Source of the DNA: an uncultured Pseudomonadales bacterium
GTDB taxonomy: Bacteria > Patescibacteriota > Microgenomatia > UBA1400 > UBA12108
DNA length: 47,248 nucleotides
Direction of reading: 5' to 3'
Assembly (NCBI GenBank): GCA_964507925.1
Contig: CAZDRB010000002.1
Coordinates: forward strand, 1 to 47,248
Under the pieces are notes generated by a model. The model saw only the letters and a list, made by a program, of their open reading frames with translations, did no database searches and was not told the DNA's origin. The translations under genes were made by a program, and so were the position numbers. Of this stretch, positions 17,513 to 28,017 are shown one piece after another; position 1 is the stretch's first letter, and every line of letters starts with the position of its first letter.

Positions 17513-17857
17513 ATGGAACTGATACTCCCGATTCAATTTGTTTTAACAGTTTTTATCGTTTTCGCTGCTTCTCGGGCCATTCTGCAGTTTAAGGGTGGAA
17601 TGATCAGGTTTGGAGCCATGCTGTTTTGGCTCGGAATCTGGATTGTTGCCGCGATAGCAATCTTTTACCCAGAGGCCACAACCCGCTTTGCCCGCCTTTT
17701 AGGGATTGGGCGTGGTGTTGATGTCATTCTATATGTCTCGATCGCCATCCTTTTTTACTTAGTTTTTCGTTTGCACGTGTATCTAGAAGACCTAAGATCC
17801 GAAATTAGTACCCTAATCAGAGAGCTCAGTCTCAAAGAAGTGAAAAAAAAGAAATAA
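17513..17857 (+). CDS. Small 3-helix membrane protein, DUF2304-like
   Basis: 114 aa with three hydrophobic helices plus a charged tail (LRSEISTLIRELSLKEVKKKK). Lies 3 nt after the GT2 stop. Paralogue of 6195..6515. Confidence 0.6.
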   Translation: MELILPIQFVLTVFIVFAASRAILQFKGGMIRFGAMLFWLGIWIVAAIAIFYPEATTRFARLLGIGRGVDVILYVSIAILFYLVFRLHVYLEDLRSEISTLIRELSLKEVKKKK

Positions 17858-19623
<1,766 letters not shown>

Positions 19624-19628
19624 CCCAT

Positions 19629-20873
19629 ATGAATGACGATATCGTTATAGACGTAAAAAACATCAGTAAAAAATATACTATCGCTACTGATTACCAGCCA
19701 GATACCTTACGCGAAAAAATAGTTGAACTAGCCAAGTATCCTCTCAAAGTCTTAAAAGGAGAGCATCAAAAGCCTAAGACCAAAGAATACTGGGCACTAA
19801 AGGATGTGTCTTTTCAGGTAAAAAGGGGAGAAGTGCTGGGGATTATTGGTAAAAATGGGGCAGGTAAAAGTACTCTACTCAAGATCCTCTCTCGCACTAC
19901 TGAGCCTACCTCAGGCACTATCCAAATGAAGGGTAAGGTAGCTTCACTCCTTGAAGTAGGCACGGGGTTTAACCCAGAGCTGACAGGTAGAGAAAACATC
20001 TACCTCAATGGCGCCATTATTGGTATGTCCAAGAAAGAGATCAACTCCAAGTTCAACGAAATAGTTGAGTTTGCTGGGATCGGAGAATTCTTAGATACTC
20101 CCGTCAAACGCTACTCCTCAGGCATGTATGTGCGCCTAGCCTTTGCAGTAGCCGCCCACCTTGATTCTGACATTCTAATATTAGATGAAGTTCTTGCTGT
20201 CGGAGATGCAGAGTTCCATAAGAAGAGCTATAAAAAAGTCAAGGACTTGGTGTATTCAGGAAAAACAATAGTCATTGTTAGTCATCAAATGTCAGCCGTA
20301 AGAGAGTTAGCATCTTCGGTCATAGTTATCGAAAAAGGAAAACTAATTAATAATGGAGAGACTAATCTAGTAATACATAAATACTTAAATACAAAAGATA
20401 ATAATGATAATCTCATAACAAGATTCACGAGGAATGACACCCAAAAAAAGTTACTATTAAAAAGTATCTCGATCGAAGCTAGTAATCCAAATTCTAAGGA
20501 TATTAAATATGGAGATACGCTTCAAATAACAGTGAGAACTAATAAGATAAAATCGCCAGTTTTTGCAATTGAGATAATAATAAAAAATGACATGATGGAA
20601 AAAATATGTTACTTAACAACAATGACTACCATGGGATACGAATACATCGCTAGTGGGTCTAAGGTAGAGTTGCTTACTGAGCCATTAAATTTAGCTGAAG
20701 GCAGATATTGGATTGACGTCAATTGCAGACAATATCCAAATATACATGTAGATCGTTGGAATGATGCAGGATATTTCGACATAAAACAGGCAATAGTAGG
20801 TAATGCTACTCATTCTACGCGCACTATCGAGTCTTTAGGTTCATGGATAATAAAAAGCAAGACTACTCTTTAA
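19629..20873 (+). CDS. wzt: ABC exporter ATPase with a C-terminal extension of about 160 aa (Wzt/TagH-type, putative glycan-binding domain)
   Basis: Walker A GKNGAGKSTLLKIL, signature YSSGMYVRLAFAVA and Walker B ILILDEVLAVGD. Residues about 250-414 are an extra beta-rich domain. Confidence 0.8.
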   Translation: MNDDIVIDVKNISKKYTIATDYQPDTLREKIVELAKYPLKVLKGEHQKPKTKEYWALKDVSFQVKRGEVLGIIGKNGAGKSTLLKILSRTTEPTSGTIQMKGKVASLLEVGTGFNPELTGRENIYLNGAIIGMSKKEINSKFNEIVEFAGIGEFLDTPVKRYSSGMYVRLAFAVAAHLDSDILILDEVLAVGDAEFHKKSYKKVKDLVYSGKTIVIVSHQMSAVRELASSVIVIEKGKLINNGETNLVIHKYLNTKDNNDNLITRFTRNDTQKKLLLKSISIEASNPNSKDIKYGDTLQITVRTNKIKSPVFAIEIIIKNDMMEKICYLTTMTTMGYEYIASGSKVELLTEPLNLAEGRYWIDVNCRQYPNIHVDRWNDAGYFDIKQAIVGNATHSTRTIESLGSWIIKSKTTL

Positions 20874-20963
20874 TATGAAAAATATACTTATTAAGTTTAA
20901 GTAAATGAAAATAATGAATACTATTAATAATATTAATCAGTAAAGATTCTAATAATATAACAG

Positions 20964-20990
20964 TTAACCATATCAATTAAATACTATAAT
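20964..20990 (+). promoter_or_regulatory. Weak candidate internal promoter in the largest intergenic gap
   Basis: TTAACC (20964-20969), a 15-nt spacer, then perfect TATAAT (20985-20990), about 38 nt upstream of ATG 21029. The surrounding DNA is extremely AT-rich, so a chance match is likely. Confidence 0.25.
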
Positions 20991-21028
20991 TCGACCCTAA
21001 TTAATAAAAAGTTTTTTAAAGGAAATAT

Positions 21029-21673
21029 ATGAGGCTTCATTTGGGTTGTGGACAGGTTTACTTGGATGGTTATATTAATATTGACTACCCAAAACAAAAT
21101 CACACCGTTCAAGATACACAGTTAGCTGATAAATTCGCAGATATTACAAAATTACGATATAAAAAGAATCGCGTAGAGGAGGTTCGCCTACATCATGTGT
21201 ATGAACATTTCCCTCGTGCACAGGCAATAGCTCTAATTCAGTGCTGGAATTCATGGCTAATGACCGGAGGCTCAATAATAATAGAGGTGCCAGACTTTGA
21301 GAAGATGATTAAATACATAGTCAATCCGATCTCAAGTAAAAAGATTAAATATGTAGCGAGTAGACATATTTTTGGATCACAAGAAGCAGATTGGGCGCTA
21401 CACTATGATGGGTGGACAAAAAATAGACTAATTGAAATTGCTAATCTAGCTGGATTTTCTTCGACTGTATCTAGATCGAGCTCACATAAGTATATACATA
21501 ACATAACCTTGAACGGTATAAAGACAAAGTCTTTCACAAAGAAAATTGCCAGGGATATTGCTTTTAAGTATTTAGAAAAATTTATGGTAGACGATTCACA
21601 GACTGAGAGAAAAATGATAGATCAATGGTTAAAAGTATATGATGATCAAATAAATAAATCATGGGCAATTTAA
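21029..21673 (+). CDS. Class I SAM-dependent methyltransferase (type 11-like)
   Basis: MRLHLGCGQVYLDGYINIDY start, HHVYEHF and LMTGGSIIIEVPD motifs. Confidence 0.65.
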   Translation: MRLHLGCGQVYLDGYINIDYPKQNHTVQDTQLADKFADITKLRYKKNRVEEVRLHHVYEHFPRAQAIALIQCWNSWLMTGGSIIIEVPDFEKMIKYIVNPISSKKIKYVASRHIFGSQEADWALHYDGWTKNRLIEIANLAGFSSTVSRSSSHKYIHNITLNGIKTKSFTKKIARDIAFKYLEKFMVDDSQTERKMIDQWLKVYDDQINKSWAI

Positions 21674-22446
21674 AAATTAGTGTAATTATACCTACATACA
21701 ACCGAAAGAAGCAGGTTTCTAGAGCCATAGATAGTGTAATAAATCAGACTTACAAGAATACAGAAATTATAGTTTGTGACGATGGCTCTTCAGATGGTAG
21801 TGATGCATACATCAAGCGAAAATATGCCACGAGAGTAGTATACCTAAAAATCAGACATACAGCCCTCCCTGGAGTTGCTCGAAACGCAGGAATGGCGATA
21901 GCGACTGGCAAGTATATAGCTTTTCTAGACAGCGATGATGTTTGGTTTCCTCAAAAATTAGAACTTCAAATGAGAAAAATAGAAAAAGATAAGCTTGGTG
22001 GTTGCGCTAGCAATGCCTTAATAGTTAATAGTTCAGGAAAATACAGGCAGATGTTAGAAAACATGCCCAGATTAATGACATTTGAAGAGCTCCTCAAAAC
22101 AAATTGGATTGTTTGTAGTTCGTTTATTGGTGAAGCTAGGCTCCTTAAGCAACTAGGTGGATTTCCTGTCGAAGAAAGATATCGTGCGTATGAGGATTGG
22201 ATATTATGGATGAGATTCAGCACTATCACGGATATCTGTGTAGTTGAGGATCCGCTTGTTAAGTATATAGACAACCCAGAGGAAAGTATACGTAGCATTC
22301 AAATAAACTGGGAACTTATCGCAAATGAGCTAAGAGCTAATATAATAAAATGGGGATTGTCAAATTTTATTAATCATCCAAATAAAAGAAAGTTAATTAA
22401 GTGTATTTTTCATACAATATACTATCTCAAGAAAGGTAAATCATAA
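21661..22446 (+). CDS. GT2 family glycosyltransferase
   Basis: ISVIIPTYNRKKQV, VCDDGSSDGS and FLDSDDVWFPQKL motifs. Confidence 0.8.
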   Translation: MGNLKISVIIPTYNRKKQVSRAIDSVINQTYKNTEIIVCDDGSSDGSDAYIKRKYATRVVYLKIRHTALPGVARNAGMAIATGKYIAFLDSDDVWFPQKLELQMRKIEKDKLGGCASNALIVNSSGKYRQMLENMPRLMTFEELLKTNWIVCSSFIGEARLLKQLGGFPVEERYRAYEDWILWMRFSTITDICVVEDPLVKYIDNPEESIRSIQINWELIANELRANIIKWGLSNFINHPNKRKLIKCIFHTIYYLKKGKS

Positions 22447-24167
22447 TGAAAGATTGGAAAGTAACTGATATTCGATGGGCGACTTTTGATGATTTAAATC
22501 TGCCGTTTTGGAAAAAATGGAATGCAAATAATCCGCTTCCTGGTGGTTTTTGGCAAAGAATTTGGGAATATCCTTATGCTGCCTTGCATGTTCCTCGTGT
22601 TAGTAAGACTATTGATGTGGGCGGCACTTACCCATTCGTACTTTTTAAGAATTGGCCACAATCAGTATCTGTTGATAATCGAGACTTGAACAAAGTAGAC
22701 CATCCATTATTAAAAAATAAGTGGAGGAAAAATCAACTAATTATTGCTGATGCCGCAAAAATACCAAAGAAAAATAATAGTTTCGACTACAGCATAAGCA
22801 TTTCAGCAATAGAAGAGATGCCTAATACAGTAAAAGTTTTAAAAGAAATGATTAGACTCGCAAAACATCGTGTAGTCGTGACAATGGATATAAGTGAAGA
22901 ACTTGGGGTTAATCGGATTCTAATGCGTGAAATAGAAGACTTCCTGGGAGTATCCTTCCCTGAAATACCCCACAATGTTCTCAGGTCAAATGACCCTCGC
23001 TTAGCTGAGTTTGGTCAGCCAATCGCACCAATGTACAAGCACATAAGAGTATTAGGATTAGTTATAGACTCTCTAGACGAACCAAAGGATGTCGGAATTT
23101 TAATCCCTCACTGGGAATCATACGCTTTTGCTGAGGCTTGTATTGAAGGTGTTATAAAACAGAAAAATAGTGGCGTTAAACAACACATATACTTGATTGA
23201 CGATAATTCTCTTGACGGTAGTTACCAAAAACTAAAGAGTAGGTATGGCAGAAATAAAAGCATATCATTGTTGCGAGTTAAACGTCCCGACAGGAAAACG
23301 AATCCAGACGTAGGAACATTGCTCGACATTGGTCTAACTCATGTGAAGGAGCAGTTTGTTGCAATGATTGACTCTGATGTTATCCCCTTATCTAAAGACT
23401 GGCTTAGTTTTCCGATATGGATTTTAGAAAAATACTCTGCGAGTAGCGTTGGTCTCGATACAGGATTATCTAGTGCATACTCAAAGAACTATAGTAATTC
23501 CAATGCTTGGTGGCAACCTGAATATGGGTATTCAATAAGAGGGGGATACTATGACAATAATTGGTTTACTGTAACAAATAATTTATATAGAGTCATGCGG
23601 ACATCTACGGCCAAAGTGGTGTCAGAAAATATAGGTTTTACTAGAGGACACTCAGCTATTCTTAGAAAGTTGGATAAAATAAAATTACAATTACTTAATT
23701 TTATTGAAAGAAAATTAAATTTAGCCCTAACTCCCTCTGATCCGAGAGATCCATACCTACCCGTAGGCTGTGATAATGGGGTAGCCGCGAACCATTTTAT
23801 AGACGTCAATCGAATGGGTGGAAAGTTCAATTTACCACTAACAAGCTACATTGGACTCACCAAGCATGATGGTGCTTACGGCCAAAATATTTGTGATCTC
23901 GTCTTCCACTTTGCCTTGTCGACCAGAGCGCTGAGTAGAGAGAGGCGTGAGGTTATGGATCCCGGTATGCAATATTCAAAATGGGTTACTAAGATTGCTT
24001 CTAACAACAAAATATCAGACCAGTTAAAAACAGAAATGGTTCGTGACAGTAGAAAATTCAAACCTGGTGGATACGATGGTTCTATTCCAACTAGTTGGTA
24101 TACAACAGAGTACAGATACATAAAATCATTAATAGAAGTTTTTCATAAAGAAAAAAAGCATGAATAA
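22446..24167 (+). CDS. Two-domain protein: N-terminal methyltransferase-like domain plus C-terminal GT2-like domain
   Basis: 573 aa. N-terminal part has IDVGGTYPFV...IADAAKIPKKNNSFDYSISISAIEEMPN (class I MT-like). C-terminal part has VGILIPHWES..., IYLIDDNSLDGS and AMIDSDVIP (DxD). Confidence 0.5.
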   Translation: MKDWKVTDIRWATFDDLNLPFWKKWNANNPLPGGFWQRIWEYPYAALHVPRVSKTIDVGGTYPFVLFKNWPQSVSVDNRDLNKVDHPLLKNKWRKNQLIIADAAKIPKKNNSFDYSISISAIEEMPNTVKVLKEMIRLAKHRVVVTMDISEELGVNRILMREIEDFLGVSFPEIPHNVLRSNDPRLAEFGQPIAPMYKHIRVLGLVIDSLDEPKDVGILIPHWESYAFAEACIEGVIKQKNSGVKQHIYLIDDNSLDGSYQKLKSRYGRNKSISLLRVKRPDRKTNPDVGTLLDIGLTHVKEQFVAMIDSDVIPLSKDWLSFPIWILEKYSASSVGLDTGLSSAYSKNYSNSNAWWQPEYGYSIRGGYYDNNWFTVTNNLYRVMRTSTAKVVSENIGFTRGHSAILRKLDKIKLQLLNFIERKLNLALTPSDPRDPYLPVGCDNGVAANHFIDVNRMGGKFNLPLTSYIGLTKHDGAYGQNICDLVFHFALSTRALSRERREVMDPGMQYSKWVTKIASNNKISDQLKTEMVRDSRKFKPGGYDGSIPTSWYTTEYRYIKSLIEVFHKEKKHE

Positions 24168-25272
24168 GAAAAAAATCCTGTGTATCATTGGTACCCGACC
24201 TGAAGCAATTAAATTTATGCCTGTTGTTAGGCAGCTACAAAAGTCTGGTAAGCTAGAGCCATTGGTCGTTGCAACAGGTCAACATAATGAACTTTTAATG
24301 CAGACATTAAAAGAAGTAGAAATCTCTCCAGACTACAACTTGCGAGTAATGAGTAATAATCAGAAACCACATGAAGTAATATCAAGAATAAATCAAGAGA
24401 TATCAAGCATCTTATCTAAAACTGAAATAGCAGCAATCTTGGTTCAGGGTGATACTGCATCAGCACTGGCCGGTGCGATTATTGGATATTCCACAAATAT
24501 TCCAGTAGGACACATTGAGGCAGGCCTTCGCACGTATGATCTCAGAGCCCCATTCCCTGAAGAGGGGTTTAGACAAATGATTGATAGGGTTTCACGATGG
24601 TGTTTTGCTCCCACAGAGTTATCGGCAGCAAATCTATACTCAGAAAAAATTGCATTAGATAGCGTCTATGTCACTGGGAACACAGTGATTGATTCGCTAA
24701 GACTAATAGATCATAGTCTCCATAGTTCTGACGAAATTATCAATAAGCTAGGACTAAAAATAAAATCAAAATACATTCTAATGACGGCACATAGACGAGA
24801 GAATCACGGAAAATCATTTGAAGAAGTTGCAAAGGCAATTTCAACAATAGCCACCGAGAATAGAGAAATTGATATTATCTACCCAGTTCATCCTAATCCA
24901 AATGTTGGCAAGCCAATGAGAGAAGCTCTAGATAATTATTCGAATATACACTTAATTAATCCGCTTGGATACTTAGAATTTTTGAGCTTAATGAAAAATA
25001 GTCATCTGATAATATCAGATAGTGGTGGTGTTCAGGAAGAAGCGTCATATTATAGTGTGCCAGTAATACTACTTCGCGATACTACTGAAAGGCCAGAAGG
25101 GATAACGGCCGGCATTACAAGTCTAGTTGGATGTAACGCTGGTAAAATAGTTTCTTGCTTTAAAAAAATTGTAAAAAATCAAATAACTATAAGTAATACA
25201 TATCCTTATGGGGATGGTCATGCAGCAGATAAAATTGTGCGAATTTTACATAAAGACCTATGCGAAAATTAA
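24160..25272 (+). CDS. wecB: UDP-N-acetylglucosamine 2-epimerase (non-hydrolysing)
   Basis: IIGTRPEAIKFMPV, GHIEAGLRTYD, HRRENHG, VHPNPNV and DSGGVQEEA motifs. Confidence 0.85.
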   Translation: MNKKKILCIIGTRPEAIKFMPVVRQLQKSGKLEPLVVATGQHNELLMQTLKEVEISPDYNLRVMSNNQKPHEVISRINQEISSILSKTEIAAILVQGDTASALAGAIIGYSTNIPVGHIEAGLRTYDLRAPFPEEGFRQMIDRVSRWCFAPTELSAANLYSEKIALDSVYVTGNTVIDSLRLIDHSLHSSDEIINKLGLKIKSKYILMTAHRRENHGKSFEEVAKAISTIATENREIDIIYPVHPNPNVGKPMREALDNYSNIHLINPLGYLEFLSLMKNSHLIISDSGGVQEEASYYSVPVILLRDTTERPEGITAGITSLVGCNAGKIVSCFKKIVKNQITISNTYPYGDGHAADKIVRILHKDLCEN

Positions 25273-26444
25273 AAATACTCCACACAGTTGAGTTCTATCA
25301 TCCATCAGTTGGCGGTGCCCAGGAAGTAGTGAAACAGTTATCGGAGCATATGGTAATGCTGGGGCATGATGTCACAGTTGCAACAACAAAGTTATCAAAT
25401 CGACGAAAAAAGATAATTAACGGCGTAAAAATTGTAGAGTTTGAAGTAGGTGGCAATGAGGTGCGCGGTTACACAGGTAAGGATATAAAAAAATATCAAG
25501 AGTTTTTGATTAAAGGCAAGTTTGATGTGGTTATGAATTATGCCGCCCAGCAGTGGAGTGCGGATCTTGCCTTTGAGGTTTTAGATAAAATCAAGGCTAG
25601 AAAAGTATTTGTCCCTTGTGGTTATTCTGGACTTTATGATCTAGCATATCAAGATTATTTTAATAAAATGCCCGATATATTAAGGAAATATGATATAACA
25701 GTATATCTCTCTAACGACTATCGTGATATAGACTTTGCCAAGAAGCATAAAATAAATAATGGCATAGTAATACCAAATGGGGCAGACGAGAGAGAGTTTG
25801 AAGTTTTGCCATCCGTAGACAAAGCAGATTTCTTAAAAATTTATGGGATACCTGAAAATAATAAAATACTCCTTTGCGTAAGCAATCACACGGGTCAGAA
25901 AGGTCATAAAGAAGCGATAGAGAGCTTTAAGCGTGCCAAAATCAAAGATGCATCATTAGTATTTATCGGTGATATTAATCACTATGCCGGATGTTACAAA
26001 AATTGTGCCTACCAGTCGAAGTTATCCAGATTTACCAATCTGTTATTTAGAAATGGCAAAACTATTCACACTCTCAACATAAACCGAGCAGACACAGTTA
26101 AATTTTATTCTACATGTGATCTCTTCCTTTTTCTCTCAAATATTGAGTGTAGCCCACTGGTACTATTTGAATCCGCTGCTGCTGGTAAGCCATTTATTTC
26201 TAGTGGATGTGGCAATGCTGGGGAAATTGCCAAGTGGACGAAATCAGGGATCATTACTAAGTCAACACAAAAAAAAGACGGCTACACTTCTGTCGATACG
26301 AAATCAGCCGCAGAAGCTATCGAAAATCTTATAAATAGCGAAAAAAAGATGGAAACTATGGGTTCTGCCGGCAGGGCGAGTTGGCAAAAAAAGTATTCAT
26401 GGAAGCAAATTACTCTGGACTATTTAAATTGCTATAAAGGATAA
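25260..26444 (+). CDS. GT4 (GT-B) glycosyltransferase
   Basis: KILHTVEFYHPSVGGAQEVV N-terminus. EX7E-like ECSPLVLFESAAAGKPFISS near the C-terminus. Confidence 0.7.
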   Translation: MRKLKILHTVEFYHPSVGGAQEVVKQLSEHMVMLGHDVTVATTKLSNRRKKIINGVKIVEFEVGGNEVRGYTGKDIKKYQEFLIKGKFDVVMNYAAQQWSADLAFEVLDKIKARKVFVPCGYSGLYDLAYQDYFNKMPDILRKYDITVYLSNDYRDIDFAKKHKINNGIVIPNGADEREFEVLPSVDKADFLKIYGIPENNKILLCVSNHTGQKGHKEAIESFKRAKIKDASLVFIGDINHYAGCYKNCAYQSKLSRFTNLLFRNGKTIHTLNINRADTVKFYSTCDLFLFLSNIECSPLVLFESAAAGKPFISSGCGNAGEIAKWTKSGIITKSTQKKDGYTSVDTKSAAEAIENLINSEKKMETMGSAGRASWQKKYSWKQITLDYLNCYKG

Positions 26445-26445
26445 A

Positions 26446-27333
26446 ATGATTATTACCCAGCTCTCAGGCGGACTCGGAAACCAAATGTTTCAATATGCGT
26501 TGGGGAGAGTATTATCAATCAAACTTAATACCAAATTATTGTTTGATATATCTCATTTTGACTACCAGCCATATACAGACACCAAAAGATCTTATGATCT
26601 TGGTGTTTTCAATCTACCTGGAGTAATTGCAGATAAATCAATTTTGGACAAGATGGGTAGACCAAATCGATACAAAATAGTCTTAAATAAATATTTTAAT
26701 ATTGGCCTAGATCCATACCCCAAAAACTATATAAAAGAAGAGGGTCATGGTTTTAATCCCCAAATACTAAATACTCCAGACAACTCCTACCTCTCAGGTT
26801 TTTGGCAATCAGAAAAGTATTTTATTGATTATAGAAATACTATCGTCAGAGATTTTTGTTCCCGTAGTACTCCAATTTCTCCGAAGAACAAAAAACTTAG
26901 TAAGATCATTTCAGAATCAAAATGTATATCATTACACGTTCGACGCTCAGACTATGTAACAAACCCACAAGCTAATGCCTTTCATGGTGTTTGTGGCCTA
27001 GATTACTACGGTCGCGCTATGAATTATCTAGAAAATATTGTGAGAAATCCAACTTACATCGTCTTTTCTGATGACCCAGATTGGACCAAAGCGAATATCA
27101 AAAGCCAACATAAATTAATTCACGTATCACACAATACAGGTCATGACTCTCATGAAGATATTAGACTTATGTCTCTTTGCGCACACAATATCATTGCAAA
27201 CAGCTCTTTTAGTTGGTGGGGTGCATGGCTTAACTCAAATCCAAAACGAGTAGTTATTTCCCCTCGTAGATGGTTTAATACTAATCAAGTAGATACAAGG
27301 GATCTAATTCCAAAGAATTGGATAAAACTCTAA
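26446..27333 (+). CDS. GT11 alpha-1,2-fucosyltransferase
   Basis: GGLGNQMFQYALG, SLHVRRSDY and NSSFSWWGAWLN, the three canonical GT11 motifs. Confidence 0.8.
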   Translation: MIITQLSGGLGNQMFQYALGRVLSIKLNTKLLFDISHFDYQPYTDTKRSYDLGVFNLPGVIADKSILDKMGRPNRYKIVLNKYFNIGLDPYPKNYIKEEGHGFNPQILNTPDNSYLSGFWQSEKYFIDYRNTIVRDFCSRSTPISPKNKKLSKIISESKCISLHVRRSDYVTNPQANAFHGVCGLDYYGRAMNYLENIVRNPTYIVFSDDPDWTKANIKSQHKLIHVSHNTGHDSHEDIRLMSLCAHNIIANSSFSWWGAWLNSNPKRVVISPRRWFNTNQVDTRDLIPKNWIKL

Positions 27334-27334
27334 T

Positions 27335-28015
27335 ATGTGGTCATTTATAAAATCTCCTCAGCAAGCAAATCCGAGTAATCGGCATAAAAACGGAAATCCA
27401 GAAGTAAATAACTGGGTAGTCTCAGAATTTATCATTAAGAAAATAATTCCAGTGACTGGAGTCCATCCATATCCTCTTTCAGAACTGCAGTTACTAGTTG
27501 ATGCTATAGTATGGGCTAACCCTAAGTATATTTTTGAATGGGGTACTCATATTGGTGTTGCAGCAAGAATCTTCTCCGAAACTCTTACTTACTTTAATAT
27601 TCCAGGAACCGTCTATTCTATCGACCTCCCAGACAGTATCGAACATATTGAACACCCTCATAATACTAGAGGCATGCTAGTCAGAGATAAAAGTAACGTC
27701 AAACTGATACAGGGGGATGGTATTAACTCTTCTAAGAAAATCCTAAAAAGAAGTAATGGCGCAGGAGTAGTGTTTTTCTTAGATGGAGATCATAGTTATA
27801 AGTCTGTATCCCGTGAGCTAAAAGTCATCGGCCAGCTATATCCTAGAGCAGTAATTATCGGTCACGATACTCTTTATCAAGTTAAATCAAGTAATTATAA
27901 TGTTGGACCTCACAAGGCATTTAAGGATTTTCTAAGAAAATACTCGAAACGATACATAAAATACGAGTCGAACCTAGGATTGCCAGGCATGACCTTATTA
28001 ATCCCCAAAGCATAA
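27335..28015 (+). CDS. Class I SAM-dependent methyltransferase (CmcI/Methyltransf_24-like O-methyltransferase)
   Basis: IFEWGTHIGVAARIF and VVFFLDGDHSYKSVSRELK motifs typical of this methyltransferase group. Confidence 0.55.
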   Translation: MWSFIKSPQQANPSNRHKNGNPEVNNWVVSEFIIKKIIPVTGVHPYPLSELQLLVDAIVWANPKYIFEWGTHIGVAARIFSETLTYFNIPGTVYSIDLPDSIEHIEHPHNTRGMLVRDKSNVKLIQGDGINSSKKILKRSNGAGVVFFLDGDHSYKSVSRELKVIGQLYPRAVIIGHDTLYQVKSSNYNVGPHKAFKDFLRKYSKRYIKYESNLGLPGMTLLIPKA

Positions 28016-28017
28016 TT

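Noticed and set aside
20875-20943. Two back-to-back mini-ORFs (MKNILIKFK at 20875..20904 and MKIMNTINNINQ at 20905..20943) right after the wzt stop, considered as possible leader peptides.
   Set aside because: The spacer is extremely AT-rich, so ATG/TAA-bounded mini-frames arise by chance. There is no RBS, no conservation information, and no attenuator hairpin downstream.
21966-22298. Antisense ORFs within the AT-rich cassette and downstream genes: 21966..22298(-), 22787..22975(-), 23549..23830(-), 23876..24121(-), 27921..28211(-), 35432..35722(-), 42624..42977(-), 43148..43429(-), 43480..43782(-), 45810..46058(-) and 46438..46689(-).
   Set aside because: They are shadow ORFs opposite well-supported glycosyltransferase, NUDIX or ligase genes. 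None has a recognisable motif, and none occupies otherwise unexplained sequence.
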